A stretch of 64,000 nt of DNA from Clostridia bacterium (GTDB taxonomy: Bacteria > Bacillota > Clostridia > Christensenellales > CAG-314). The notes under the pieces were generated by a model that was given only the letters and a program-made list of their open reading frames with translations, had not been told where the DNA came from and ran no database searches. The position numbers and the translations under genes are program-made. The stretch spans positions 77,799 to 141,798 of the forward strand of contig JAQVWG010000002.1 in the NCBI GenBank assembly GCA_028698585.1, read 5' to 3'. Below are positions 8,578 through 18,588 of the stretch, one piece after another. Positions within the stretch are counted from its first letter, which is position 1. Every line of letters starts with the position of its first letter.

Positions 8578-9315
8578 TTAGTATTGTACGCTGTCTAGGA
8601 CTAGTCCTTTGCCTGACACAGTCTTGTAATACTTGGTTTTCATGCCACAATCTAGCATTGTTCCTATATCTTGTAGAGTAATTTTGCCTGCAGATAAGAA
8701 TAGTAATACACCCACAATGTTGCGCACCATATTGTACAGGAATGCATTGCCTACAACTGCAATAGAGATAATATTGTCCTGTTGAGTAATCTCTATAGAG
8801 TACACCGTACGTACAGTTGTCTTATTATTACTGCCAAGTTTAGCAAAAGCACCAAAGTCGTGTGTACCTATCAACATCTGTGCGCCCTCTCGCATAAGGG
8901 TAATATTGGGCTGTGTGTATACTTGAAGGTGCGTTGGGTCCAGTAGAGCATGTCTTACTCTGCTAACGTATAGGTTATACACATACCGTTTACTCAATGC
9001 GCTCTTGCGTGCGTGGAAATGTTCATCAACATATTCGGCACAGGATGCGGATATATCGCAAGGCAGATATCTATTGAGCGCCAACACTATCTTGTCCGTG
9101 GTAATACTATTGGGTGCGTCATAGTGGCAAACATATCCTCTAGCATGCACCCCTTCGTCCGTTCTGCCTACACCATATACTCTGATAGGTTGTTCGTACA
9201 GTGACGCGAGAGCATTCTCTAACTGCTCTTGCACGGTGGGGCCGTTATTCTGTAACTGCCACCCACAGTAATTAGTGCCTATATATTCGATTGTCAGTTT
9301 AACTCTGTTAGTCAT
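8578..9315 (-). CDS. truA: tRNA pseudouridine(38-40) synthase TruA
   Basis: YGVGRTDEGVHARGYV catalytic Asp motif and N-terminal IEYIGTNYCGWQ. Conserved position after ecfT. Confidence 0.93.
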   Translation of the reverse strand: MTNRVKLTIEYIGTNYCGWQLQNNGPTVQEQLENALASLYEQPIRVYGVGRTDEGVHARGYVCHYDAPNSITTDKIVLALNRYLPCDISASCAEYVDEHFHARKSALSKRYVYNLYVSRVRHALLDPTHLQVYTQPNITLMREGAQMLIGTHDFGAFAKLGSNNKTTVRTVYSIEITQQDNIISIAVVGNAFLYNMVRNIVGVLLFLSAGKITLQDIGTMLDCGMKTKYYKTVSGKGLVLDSVQY

Positions 9316-9330
9316 AGCGTCTTCCGTGTA

Positions 9331-10170
9331 TTAAAACTTAATCCACAGAGGTAAGTGTTGCGCAATTATGCTATCGCTACGAGTTAAAAACACGGCAGTA
9401 AAGAACAGTATAACAACCAGCGTACCTATAGCGTCTCTTATTGATAACTTCATTAATCTCATCTGTGTTCTGTGTGTAGCACCCTCATAACACCTGCTGT
9501 TCATAGCTAGCGCCAACTCATCTGCTCGCCTGAATGACGATACCAGTAGGGGTATAAGTATGGGCACGAATGCCTTGGCCCTTGCAATCAGTCCACCAGT
9601 ATCAAAACTAGCACACCTCGCCTTCTGCGCTTTGATAATTCTGTCCGTTTCGCCAATCAGCGTTGGGATAAACGATAGCGCAAGAGACATAATGAGTGCT
9701 AACTCATGCACGGGGAACTTAATCCACTTGAGTGGGGTACACAGGCTCTCAATTCCGTGTGTTAAGTCTACTGGCGTAGTGGTCAGCGTCAGTAATGATG
9801 TACCCAGTACGAGCAACACCAGTCGCAACATAAGTCTTAATGCAGACAATATACCGTTAAGATATATTTTGATAATCCACCAGTCAACCAGCAGTTCACC
9901 ACCGTCAAAAAAGAATATGTTGAGTATACACATGAATATAATCAATACTGCAATACCCTTAATACTCCTTAGTACGCTCCTTAGTGGCACTCTAGAAAAA
10001 GCGATAGTAGTTAATAGGAAAAGTGTGACTAGTCCGAATCCTACGAATGATTGCACGTAGAATATAGATATAAGATAGAATGTGGACAGCACCAGTTTAA
10101 CTCTGGCATCCATACGATGAACAAAAGAGTCTGCAGGATAATATTGTCCAAGTGTTACATCTCTAAACAT
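9331..10170 (-). CDS. ecfT: Energy-coupling factor transporter transmembrane protein EcfT
   Basis: Polytopic membrane protein with the C-terminal ..A.KARC...G..ARA....P....SFRRADELALAM..R coupling-helix motifs. Overlaps the ecfA2 stop. Confidence 0.9.
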   Translation of the reverse strand: MFRDVTLGQYYPADSFVHRMDARVKLVLSTFYLISIFYVQSFVGFGLVTLFLLTTIAFSRVPLRSVLRSIKGIAVLIIFMCILNIFFFDGGELLVDWWIIKIYLNGILSALRLMLRLVLLVLGTSLLTLTTTPVDLTHGIESLCTPLKWIKFPVHELALIMSLALSFIPTLIGETDRIIKAQKARCASFDTGGLIARAKAFVPILIPLLVSSFRRADELALAMNSRCYEGATHRTQMRLMKLSIRDAIGTLVVILFFTAVFLTRSDSIIAQHLPLWIKF

Positions 10171-11029
10171 TATCTGCTCCTCTGCTGTTGCGACTGTATA
10201 GATCGAGTATACTGTTGAATACCTCTTCTACTCGCCTGCCTGTTAGGTATATACCCCTGCTTGCCAACTTGTTCTTGATACTGGCCATAGTGGGGAGTTG
10301 CAGACCGAGTTTATCTATCTGTTCACCCTTAGCGAATAGTAATTCTGTAGAGCAATCATCAATTATTCTGCCCTCGCCGAACAGTAGCACCCTGTTGGTG
10401 TTCTCATATATTTCGTTCATATCATGGCTGACCATAATAATTGTTGTGCCCAGTTGCTTATTGAGTTGTTTAACTAGGCTAAGTATCTCTCCCTTGCCCT
10501 GTGGGTCCAATCCTGCCGTTGGCTCATCAAGTATAAGAATGCTGGGTTGCATTGCCAGTACGCCTGCTAACGCCACTCTTCTGCGTTCACCGCCTGATAA
10601 ATCGAAAGGGGACTTATCCATAACTGAACGGTCCAGTCCAACCATATCTATTGAGTCATTAACTCGCTTATCTATTAGGTCTTGAGGTAGTTTGAGATTC
10701 TTGGGGCCGAATGCTATATCCTTACCTACGCTATCTGCGAACAGTTGATACTCAGGGTATTGGAAAACCATACCAACTGTTGACCTAAGTGCATTATAGT
10801 CGATTTTTTTGGCCGATAAGTCTATATTGTTGACAATAATACTGCCACTCTGTAACTTGATAAGACCATTGAGGTGCTGGACAAAAGTGCTCTTGCCACT
10901 ACCCGTGTGGCCGACAATACCAACTATCTCGCCGTCGTTTATGGTTACGTTGACGTCAATTAATGCATTGACGCTAAACTCTGTTCTGGGATTATAGGTA
11001 AAGCAAAGATTGTTTACAACAATTGACAT
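10163..11029 (-). CDS. ecfA2: ECF transporter ATPase EcfA2
   Basis: Walker A GHTGSGKST, signature LSGGERRRVA, Walker B ILILDEP. Operon context. Confidence 0.92.
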   Translation of the reverse strand: MSIVVNNLCFTYNPRTEFSVNALIDVNVTINDGEIVGIVGHTGSGKSTFVQHLNGLIKLQSGSIIVNNIDLSAKKIDYNALRSTVGMVFQYPEYQLFADSVGKDIAFGPKNLKLPQDLIDKRVNDSIDMVGLDRSVMDKSPFDLSGGERRRVALAGVLAMQPSILILDEPTAGLDPQGKGEILSLVKQLNKQLGTTIIMVSHDMNEIYENTNRVLLFGEGRIIDDCSTELLFAKGEQIDKLGLQLPTMASIKNKLASRGIYLTGRRVEEVFNSILDLYSRNSRGADNV

Positions 11030-11865
11030 AACTTATCCCCCAATGCGTCAATATCGGTGCAATATTCGCCCACATCTAGGCCTGCTTGTAGCAACATATT
11101 GCCCAGTTGCACTACTCTAGGTAGTGCTAGGTCTATACTGACCAGCTTATCTGCCTGTGCAAACACTGCTTGAGGGGTATCAATCATCTCAATCCTGCCC
11201 TTGTTCATCACGATTACTCTGTCGCTTTCCATAACTTCTTCCATAAAGTGAGTGATAAGGATAATGGTCATACCATGCTCTTTATTAAGTTTATGAGCGA
11301 TATCCAGTACCTCTCTCCTACCCTGTGGGTCAAGCATGGCAGTGCTCTCGTCTAGTACTAACACTTGTGGTTTAATGGCGAGTGCTCCGGCAATGGCTAT
11401 GCGCTGTTTCTGTCCACCCGATAGTCTATGTGGTGAACGCTTCGCGAACTGTTGCATATTAACGCTGTTAAGCGCCCAGTTGACACGCTCTACTATCTCC
11501 TCTCGTGGCAGTCCAAGATTCTCGGGACCGAATGCCACATCCTCTTCAATTATGCTTGCAACCATTTGGTTGTCAGGATTCTGGAAAACCATTCCCACGC
11601 TCTTGCGAATGTCGAATAAGTTATCCTTGTCTGCAGTGTCCATATTAAACACAGTTACACTACCGATGCGTGGCGTTAATAGAGCATTAAGAAGTTTTGC
11701 TAGCGTACTCTTGCCACTACCGTTGTGTCCCACAAGTGCTACGAACTCTCCACCATAGATGTCTAGGTTGATATCACGACAGGCATATATGTCTTGTGAC
11801 TCTCCATCATCGGTGAAACTTTTGTAGTAATAGGTCATATTTTTGATTTCAATAATTTTTTCCAT
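11014..11865 (-). CDS. ecfA1: ECF transporter ATPase EcfA1
   Basis: Walker A GHNGSGKST, signature LSGGQKQRIA, Walker B VLVLDES. First gene of the ecf-truA-rplM-rpsI operon. Confidence 0.92.
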   Translation of the reverse strand: MEKIIEIKNMTYYYKSFTDDGESQDIYACRDINLDIYGGEFVALVGHNGSGKSTLAKLLNALLTPRIGSVTVFNMDTADKDNLFDIRKSVGMVFQNPDNQMVASIIEEDVAFGPENLGLPREEIVERVNWALNSVNMQQFAKRSPHRLSGGQKQRIAIAGALAIKPQVLVLDESTAMLDPQGRREVLDIAHKLNKEHGMTIILITHFMEEVMESDRVIVMNKGRIEMIDTPQAVFAQADKLVSIDLALPRVVQLGNMLLQAGLDVGEYCTDIDALGDKLCQLL

Positions 11866-11975
11866 GTTGATATATTATACCACAATAGTAGTATGTTGAC
11901 AATTCAATAGTGGCTATCTGGTGTTGTAAAGAAGGGATTTTTTTACCTAGAAACACGCTTTTGATTTGACTTTTG

Positions 11976-12004
11976 ATGTAATAATCATTATAATGATAAT
12001 TAAC
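11976..12004 (+). promoter_or_regulatory. Candidate sigma-A promoter of the PFOR gene
   Basis: TTGACT (11976-11981), 17-nt spacer, TATAAT (11999-12004). The -10 box sits at the centre of a 14-bp perfect palindrome ATCATTATAATGAT (11994-12007). Confidence 0.5.
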
Positions 12005-12055
12005 TGTTTACAAAGGGATATTTAGCATTAAATATACACACCACACAAGGAGAAA

Positions 12056-15000
12056 ATGATGAAAAAAGTTACAATTGACGGTAATACTGCAGCAGCCCAT
12101 GTGGCGTATGCTTTTTCCGACTGTGCCGCAATCTATCCAATCACTCCTTCTAGCACTATGGCAGAAGTTGCAGATGAGTGGGCTGCAGCGGGCAGGGTTA
12201 ATCTGTTCGGGCAGAGAGTACGCATTGCTGAGATGCAGAGTGAGGGAGGTGCCGCAGGCGCACTACATGGTTCGCTTGTCGCAGGTGCATTGACCACCAC
12301 ATTTACAGCAAGTCAAGGACTATTATTAATGATACCCAATATGTACAAGATAGCAGGTGAATTGATACCTTGCGTTATTCATTGTTCTGCAAGAGCATTA
12401 GCATCTCACGCATTATCGATATTCGGCGACCATCAAGACGTCATGGCTTGCCGTGCAACAGGATTCGCTATGCTAGCTAGCAGTAGCGTCCAAGAGTCAA
12501 TGGACTTGTCATTAGTTGCACATCTGTCTACATTAGAGGCTAGAGTACCTTTCCTACACTTTTTTGACGGTTTTCGCACTAGTCATGAGGTAAGCAAAAT
12601 AGACCAGATTGAGTATGACGAGATGGACACTCTGCTTAATAGAGATTATGTAGATCAATTCCGTGCAAGAGCGCTCAATCCAGAACATCCACAACTACGC
12701 GGTTCCGCACAGAATCCTGATATTTATTTCCAGAATAGAGAGGCTTGCAACAGATATTATTCGGCCACACCTGAGATAGTAGATAAGTATATGAAGCAGG
12801 TTAGTAAACTCACAGGCAGAACATATAACCTATTCGACTATGTAGGTGCTATTGATGCCGAAGAAGTCATAGTAATAATGGGTTCTGGCGCAGATGTGTG
12901 CGAGGAGACAGTAGATTATCTATGTAATAAGGGCAGGAAGGTCGGCGTACTCAAGGTTAGACTATATCGTCCTTTTGCCGATGAATATTTTGTCAAGGCA
13001 TTACCCAAGACTGTTAAGCGCATAGCAGTATTAGACAGAACTAAGGAATCAGGTAGTCTAGGCGAGCCGTTATACTTGGATGTTGTTACTGCACTCAATA
13101 AACAGGGTTATCAAGCGGAGGTGTTCGGTGGCAGATATGGACTGGGCAGTAAGGAGTTTACGCCATCTATGGTGTTGGCAGTATTCAATAATTTTGAGCT
13201 CAACTCCCCCAAGAACAACTTCACTGTGGGAATAGATGACGATGTTACCAACACTTCACTTCCTATTACTGAGTTTATCGATATAGCCAGCCCAACAACC
13301 ACTCGCTGTAAGTTCTATGGGCTGGGTAGCGACGGCACTGTGGGTGCTAATAAGAACAGTATCAAGATTATCGGAGACCACACAGATTTATATGCTCAAG
13401 GATATTTCGAGTACGATAGCAAGAAGAGTGGTGGATTGACCATATCACACCTGCGTTTTGGCACTAAACCAATTAAGGCAAGTTATCTTATCGATCAGGC
13501 AGAGTTTATCGCATGTCATAATTCCAGTTATCTGCTCAAGTACGATATGTTAGCCGAGGCTAAGGAAGGTGGAGTATTCCTGCTTAATTGTATATGGAAT
13601 GACGCTCAACTTGAGGAGAATCTACCTGCTAAGGTTAAGAATGAGATTGCCAACAAGAAACTGAGATTCTACTGTATAGACGGATTAGACCTAGCCAAGA
13701 AGGCTGGCAGTACTAAATCACAGAATATGGTTATGCAGGCTGCCTTCTTCAAACTAGCCAACATTATACCCGTTCAAGATGCCGAAGAGTATATGAAAAA
13801 AGCCGTTATCAAGACCTATGGCAAGAAGGGTGAGAAAGTTATACAAGCCAACTTTGACGCTATCGAGGCAGGACTTAACGGATATAGACAGATTAACGTG
13901 CCCAGCAGTTGGGCGACTACCACTGTTGGCGCAGTGAAAGAGCAGGAGTCAACAGATGAATACTATCAAGCATTCATTAAACCCATTCTGGCTCAACAGG
14001 GCAATAGCCTCAAGGTGTCCACATTTAACGAGTCTGGCATAGTGCCAACTGGCACCACTAAATACGAGAAAAGGGGCATAGCAGTAGACTTGCCACAATG
14101 GGATGCGCAGAAGTGTGTTGGTTGTAATCAATGCAGTTTTGTGTGCCCTCATGCAGTCATTCGTCCTGTCTTAATGGCTCAAGATACTGAAGTAATAGAA
14201 GGGTTCGATACCACTCCCATTAAGTATGCCAAGGACGCTAAATTGCGTATGCAAATCAGTCCGTTAGACTGTACTGGGTGCAGTTCGTGCGCTAACGTAT
14301 GTCCGACCAAAGCAATATCTATGAAGCCGGCAGAACAAGTCAACGAGGAAGCCAACTATCAATTCTCACAGACAGTTGCTCAACTACCCAATCCAATGAA
14401 TAAGTACACAGTTATTGGCAGTCAGTTCGAACAACCCTTGTTTGAGTTCAGTGGAGCATGCGCAGGTTGTGGAGAGACTCCTTATATTAAACTGATTACA
14501 CAACTATTTGGTGAGCAAATGATTGTTGCTAACGCTACGGGTTGTTCGTCAATATATGGTGGCTCTGCTCCTACGTGCCCATATACAGTCAACAGTAATG
14601 GTCAAGGTCCTGCATGGGCTAACAGTCTGTTCGAGGATAACGCCGAGTTCGGATATGGCATGAATCTGGCTCTTGTTCAACGTCGTAACAGAATGGCTGA
14701 CATTGTCAGAGAATTACAGGTTAAGTGTCAAGGTTGGGCAGAGGCGGAAAAAGCATGTCAAGATTGGCTTACAGGTAAGGATAACACCGAGGCAAGTAAA
14801 CAGGCAAGTAAACTATTGTTAGAGTGTGCAGAAGGGTGTAAAGACTGTGGTTGCGAGTGTGACGTATTATGGAATGAACTGATAGCCAACAAGGATGTAC
14901 TGGTCAAGAAGTCCGTGTGGATATTCGGTGGCGATGGCTGGGCATACGACATAGGGTACGGTGGGCTGGATCACGTTCTGGCAAGTGGAGAGGATGTCAA

Positions 15001-15556
15001 TGTATTAGTACTAGATACAGAGGTGTACTCCAACACTGGCGGACAGGCAAGTAAGAGCAGTCCTACTGGCGCAGTTGCCAAGTTCGCCGCAGGTGGCAAG
15101 CCGATTAAGAAGAAGGATTTAGGCATGATGGCGATGTCTTATGGCTATGTCTATGTCGCTCAGGTCGGTATGGGTGCCAATATGAATCAACTGGTTACCG
15201 CACTTAAGGAAGCCCAGAGTTATCACGGCCCAAGTATCGTCATAGCATACGCACCTTGTATCAACCACGGCATGGATATGACCAACCCAATGAATGAGAT
15301 TAAGAAAGCAGTTGACTGTGGTTACTGGCAACTATATCGTTATAATCCTGTTCTGACAGAACAAGGCAAGAATCCGTTCATCCTCGACAGCACTGCACGT
15401 CCAGTGGGGGACTATCAAGAGTTCATAATGGGCGAGACTCGTTATAATTCTCTAGCCAAGACCAAGCCGGAGATAGCACAAGTGCTGTTCGCTAAGAGCG
15501 AAAATGAGTCCAAGCAGAGAGTCGCCAAGTACGCCAAACTAGCAGGCAAAGAATAA
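12056..15556 (+). CDS. nifJ: Pyruvate:ferredoxin (flavodoxin) oxidoreductase, single-chain NifJ type
   Basis: 1166 aa. N-terminus TIDGNTAAAHVAYAFSD, two 4Fe-4S ferredoxin motifs (CVGCNQCSFVCPH, CTGCSSCANVCP), and a TPP-binding region GGDGWAYDIGYGGLDHV. Confidence 0.96.
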   Translation: MMKKVTIDGNTAAAHVAYAFSDCAAIYPITPSSTMAEVADEWAAAGRVNLFGQRVRIAEMQSEGGAAGALHGSLVAGALTTTFTASQGLLLMIPNMYKIAGELIPCVIHCSARALASHALSIFGDHQDVMACRATGFAMLASSSVQESMDLSLVAHLSTLEARVPFLHFFDGFRTSHEVSKIDQIEYDEMDTLLNRDYVDQFRARALNPEHPQLRGSAQNPDIYFQNREACNRYYSATPEIVDKYMKQVSKLTGRTYNLFDYVGAIDAEEVIVIMGSGADVCEETVDYLCNKGRKVGVLKVRLYRPFADEYFVKALPKTVKRIAVLDRTKESGSLGEPLYLDVVTALNKQGYQAEVFGGRYGLGSKEFTPSMVLAVFNNFELNSPKNNFTVGIDDDVTNTSLPITEFIDIASPTTTRCKFYGLGSDGTVGANKNSIKIIGDHTDLYAQGYFEYDSKKSGGLTISHLRFGTKPIKASYLIDQAEFIACHNSSYLLKYDMLAEAKEGGVFLLNCIWNDAQLEENLPAKVKNEIANKKLRFYCIDGLDLAKKAGSTKSQNMVMQAAFFKLANIIPVQDAEEYMKKAVIKTYGKKGEKVIQANFDAIEAGLNGYRQINVPSSWATTTVGAVKEQESTDEYYQAFIKPILAQQGNSLKVSTFNESGIVPTGTTKYEKRGIAVDLPQWDAQKCVGCNQCSFVCPHAVIRPVLMAQDTEVIEGFDTTPIKYAKDAKLRMQISPLDCTGCSSCANVCPTKAISMKPAEQVNEEANYQFSQTVAQLPNPMNKYTVIGSQFEQPLFEFSGACAGCGETPYIKLITQLFGEQMIVANATGCSSIYGGSAPTCPYTVNSNGQGPAWANSLFEDNAEFGYGMNLALVQRRNRMADIVRELQVKCQGWAEAEKACQDWLTGKDNTEASKQASKLLLECAEGCKDCGCECDVLWNELIANKDVLVKKSVWIFGGDGWAYDIGYGGLDHVLASGEDVNVLVLDTEVYSNTGGQASKSSPTGAVAKFAAGGKPIKKKDLGMMAMSYGYVYVAQVGMGANMNQLVTALKEAQSYHGPSIVIAYAPCINHGMDMTNPMNEIKKAVDCGYWQLYRYNPVLTEQGKNPFILDSTARPVGDYQEFIMGETRYNSLAKTKPEIAQVLFAKSENESKQRVAKYAKLAGKE

Positions 15557-15609
15557 TCTACCCACTTTACAGAGCAATACTATTATTCAATTAATCTATC
15601 ATTACAGTT

Positions 15610-15635
15610 AAGGCTCCTCATACACGAGGAGCCTT
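15610..15635. terminator. Bidirectional stem-loop terminator
   Basis: AAGGCTCCTC-ATACAC-GAGGAGCCTT between convergent genes. Confidence 0.7.
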
Positions 15636-15695
15636 AGTATATAGTTGCTGTTTAGTAGTTGATAATATTCTGTTGGTCGTATATTCACCGATTGT

Positions 15696-16517
15696 CTAGG
15701 GTTCTACATCGTCTTCAATAGGAGTCCACTTGGCGCAGAGACGGGTAAATGATACAGGTTCTATGAAGCCAGGCTCATCCCGCTCAACAATGGTATCATT
15801 GTCAAAATCCCACGCATTAACACACTCTGTTTCCTTATACCAACCATCAAATGTATATCCTACTCTTACAGGGTCGGCAGGTATATAGTCGATAGTTGAG
15901 CCATCTTCAAAATAATCGAGCCAATATTCATCAGTCGCTGTGACATCACCAGTACCGTCACCTACATAATTATAATAAAAACTAACATTGGCTTCCTCTT
16001 GTCCGATCCCAGCTACACCAGAAATATAACAATTAAAATACTCAGTATTATCCTCATCTTGTGACAGAACGAACAAGACAGCGCAATTAGTAGTGTTGTG
16101 TACAATCTTTTCTAGATTGGGACAAGCAGATACATCAATGTAGCATTGACCCCAGAGTAATGACCATAATGTATGAGGTATATACAACACTTTCAAGTTA
16201 TCACTTACGAGAGTGTAATTCTCTCCAAGAAATGGGGTGTAGCCCATGTACTTCACTGGTAGTTCTCTTGCATACTGGGGGACAATTAATATCTCTTTTT
16301 GCTGGCCTTGTTCGCTGATACCGATAATACATGCACAATCATCTTTAAACTTATATATGAAGTCGCCCTCTGCCTCTCCAACTGTTGCGTCTTCGACTAT
16401 ATCATCCCAAACCTCGCCCGCCAGTGCAATCAATAACTCTTCTGAACAACCGGACACAGCAACCAATGATGTTGCCAGTAGTGTTAATGCTAGTAGTATA
16501 GATATGATTCTTTTCAT
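15696..16517 (-). CDS. Surface lipoprotein with a C-terminal Listeria/Bacteroides-type (InlB B-repeat) module
   Basis: Lipobox LVAVSG|C. C-terminal GYTFDGWYKE....WDFDNDTI repeat signature. Confidence 0.65.
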   Translation of the reverse strand: MKRIISILLALTLLATSLVAVSGCSEELLIALAGEVWDDIVEDATVGEAEGDFIYKFKDDCACIIGISEQGQQKEILIVPQYARELPVKYMGYTPFLGENYTLVSDNLKVLYIPHTLWSLLWGQCYIDVSACPNLEKIVHNTTNCAVLFVLSQDEDNTEYFNCYISGVAGIGQEEANVSFYYNYVGDGTGDVTATDEYWLDYFEDGSTIDYIPADPVRVGYTFDGWYKETECVNAWDFDNDTIVERDEPGFIEPVSFTRLCAKWTPIEDDVEP

Positions 16518-16812
16518 TATTATTATCTCCTCGAACTAGGAGAGGGATATACCCTTATATTGCATATGTGAACGTAGACTGGGGGTGATTATTCAATGCA
16601 GTCTACTCAATGATGTCTAATATTCCATATAGTATATTATGTTATTGACATTAATTATGTCATAGGTATTGTATACATATACATTGTCATACACTATAAT
16701 GCAATGTCAATAGCGACATGCCATACTATTGTGAATAATAGATGAATTATATGATTACTTAATCAAAGTTTATTACAATATAATACATTATTCGACACAT
16801 TGCGACTCCGTA

Positions 16813-17013
16813 CTATCTAATTCTTCTATCGTTGACATAATCGTAAGTGTTCGTTGCACTGCGAATCGCACTCTCGGTCATGCCTGCTCCAACGGTATAT
16901 ACGTCACGATATATTTCCTCTGCGTACGCCGTACCTATTGAGCATAGTCCTGTTGACGATAATAGCAATATTATCGCTAGCACAGTCCCTAACAATTTCC
17001 TTCTCTTTTTCAT
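16813..17013 (-). CDS. Small secreted protein (66 aa precursor)
   Basis: AGGAG RBS 7 nt upstream. Classical signal peptide MKKRRKLLGTVLAIILLLSSTGLCSIGTAYA|EE. Confidence 0.55.
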   Translation of the reverse strand: MKKRRKLLGTVLAIILLLSSTGLCSIGTAYAEEIYRDVYTVGAGMTESAIRSATNTYDYVNDRRIR

Positions 17014-17271
17014 AGTAAGTCTCCTAATTTTTTATTTTGGTGCTTGTGCGTGGATAAACGGAATTAATGCCATAGATAAGCCATATTGTGTGGCCATTTA
17101 TGAGTGTTTATTGAGTGGATAATTGAATAATGGTATGCCACTTGATGTGTTAATAGTAACATATTGGCATAATTTGTCAACGCTGTTTTGTACAATAATC
17201 TTGACTACTTATGTTATATAATGTCGAACTATGTGATAAGCGAAATTGTCAGGTGTATAAACTAGTATAAA

Positions 17272-17973
17272 ATGTTAAGAATTAGCAGTATGTTAATTAT
17301 ATTCTGTAGAGCATTCATACTGTTCATTATACTGTTGGTAGTAATAAGGCTAATGGGTAAACGACAGTTAGGTCAAATGGAGCCATTCGAACTGGTCATC
17401 ACCCTTATAATCGCCGACTTGACGTGTATACCCATGTCGGATCGAAGTATCCCCATAACATTCGGTATTGTCGCCATTCTCACTATGTTCGTCATACATC
17501 AAGTCATCTTGATACTGTCCAAGAACAGTAAGATTCAAGGTATGCTGTCTGGAAAGCCTGTTATGGTGATAGATAGGCAAGGTGTCAACGTGTACGCACT
17601 TCGCAGTATGAATATGCAGGTTGCAGACCTATTGCAGGCTATTAGAGCCCTAGGCTACTTCAGTATAGAGGAGCTTGATTATGGATTAATGGAAACTAAT
17701 GGTCAATTGTCCGTTGTGCCCAACAAAAAGATGGAAGATGTCGAAAAGAAACTGCCCATTGCGGTCATACTAGAGGGCAAGTGGAGTCAAGACGACATCG
17801 AGAGATATGCTATAGACAGGGGAATAATAGCCCAGATATTGACACAACATAATCTTAAGCTCAAGAATACGCTATTACTCACAGTAGACAAGAACAACCA
17901 CATATTCTTACAGTCTTATAAGAGACCGTATATGACTTTTGATTACAGAGGGGAAAAACTGCTAAATGAATAA
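17272..17973 (+). CDS. DUF421 (YetF-like) membrane protein
   Basis: LMGKRQLGQMEPFELVITLIIADL motif typical of DUF421. Paired with a DUF4363-like gene. Confidence 0.7.
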   Translation: MLRISSMLIIFCRAFILFIILLVVIRLMGKRQLGQMEPFELVITLIIADLTCIPMSDRSIPITFGIVAILTMFVIHQVILILSKNSKIQGMLSGKPVMVIDRQGVNVYALRSMNMQVADLLQAIRALGYFSIEELDYGLMETNGQLSVVPNKKMEDVEKKLPIAVILEGKWSQDDIERYAIDRGIIAQILTQHNLKLKNTLLLTVDKNNHIFLQSYKRPYMTFDYRGEKLLNE

Positions 17974-18343
17974 AAGCATTATAATAGCTATAGTTATCCT
18001 AGCTTTAGTGTTAGGCGCAGGGATAGTAGAAGTCGTATATATCAGCAGGATGTTTGACGACTTGACTGAGACAGTTGTTGCGCTCAAAGAGAGTGCTTTG
18101 GCCGAAACACTGGTGCGTCAGGACGGCACCGCCTTGATTATGCAGTGGAAACAGGTGCGTGAGAGGGCAGAACTGTTCTTACCACACACAGATGTATATG
18201 AACTCAACCTGCGCATGGCAGAGTGTCATGCTTATATAGAACAGAGTGATTATAAAATGGCATATGCTCAGCTGTGTATCATTGAGGAGTTGACGCAGTA
18301 TATTCCACACTTGATTACCCCAGACATCAAGCACATATGTTAG
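17966..18343 (+). CDS. DUF4363-like small membrane-anchored protein
   Basis: Single N-terminal TM helix. Overlaps the DUF421 stop (ATGAATAA). This gene pairing is conserved in Firmicutes. Confidence 0.5.
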   Translation: MNKSIIIAIVILALVLGAGIVEVVYISRMFDDLTETVVALKESALAETLVRQDGTALIMQWKQVRERAELFLPHTDVYELNLRMAECHAYIEQSDYKMAYAQLCIIEELTQYIPHLITPDIKHIC

Positions 18344-18473
18344 CTCATTATCGCCACTGGTTTAACTCTCAACAGTGTCGCCTTGGCGCGCTAGACGCTC
18401 ATTGTATTCGACATCACCTTATCAGCAACATGCACCTTATTATAGATACTGTGTCCATATTTACAATAATTAC

Positions 18474-18499
18474 CACCTCTTGAATGGGTTCAAGAGGTG
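18474..18499. terminator. Bidirectional terminator hairpin (convergent DUF4363 and serS)
   Basis: CACCTCTTGAA-TGGG-TTCAAGAGGTG, a perfect 11-bp stem. Confidence 0.7.
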
Positions 18500-18588
18500 T
18501 ATATTAATTGATAAATCTAGTTCAAGCTCATTATGTATATGGGGTCGATTGGGTCTCCATTCAATCAAATCATGTTAATTTGAGTAGA

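Noticed and set aside
9560-11758. Long antisense ORFs inside ecfT, ecfA2 and ecfA1 (9560-10060, 10188-10685, 10809-10997, 11336-11758).
   Set aside because: They lie opposite strongly motif-supported genes, have no RBS, and have Ser/Leu/Pro-rich shadow-frame composition.
18375-18578. 67-aa ORF between the DUF4363 gene and serS.
   Set aside because: It spans the bidirectional terminator hairpin between convergent genes and has no RBS. It is most likely non-coding.
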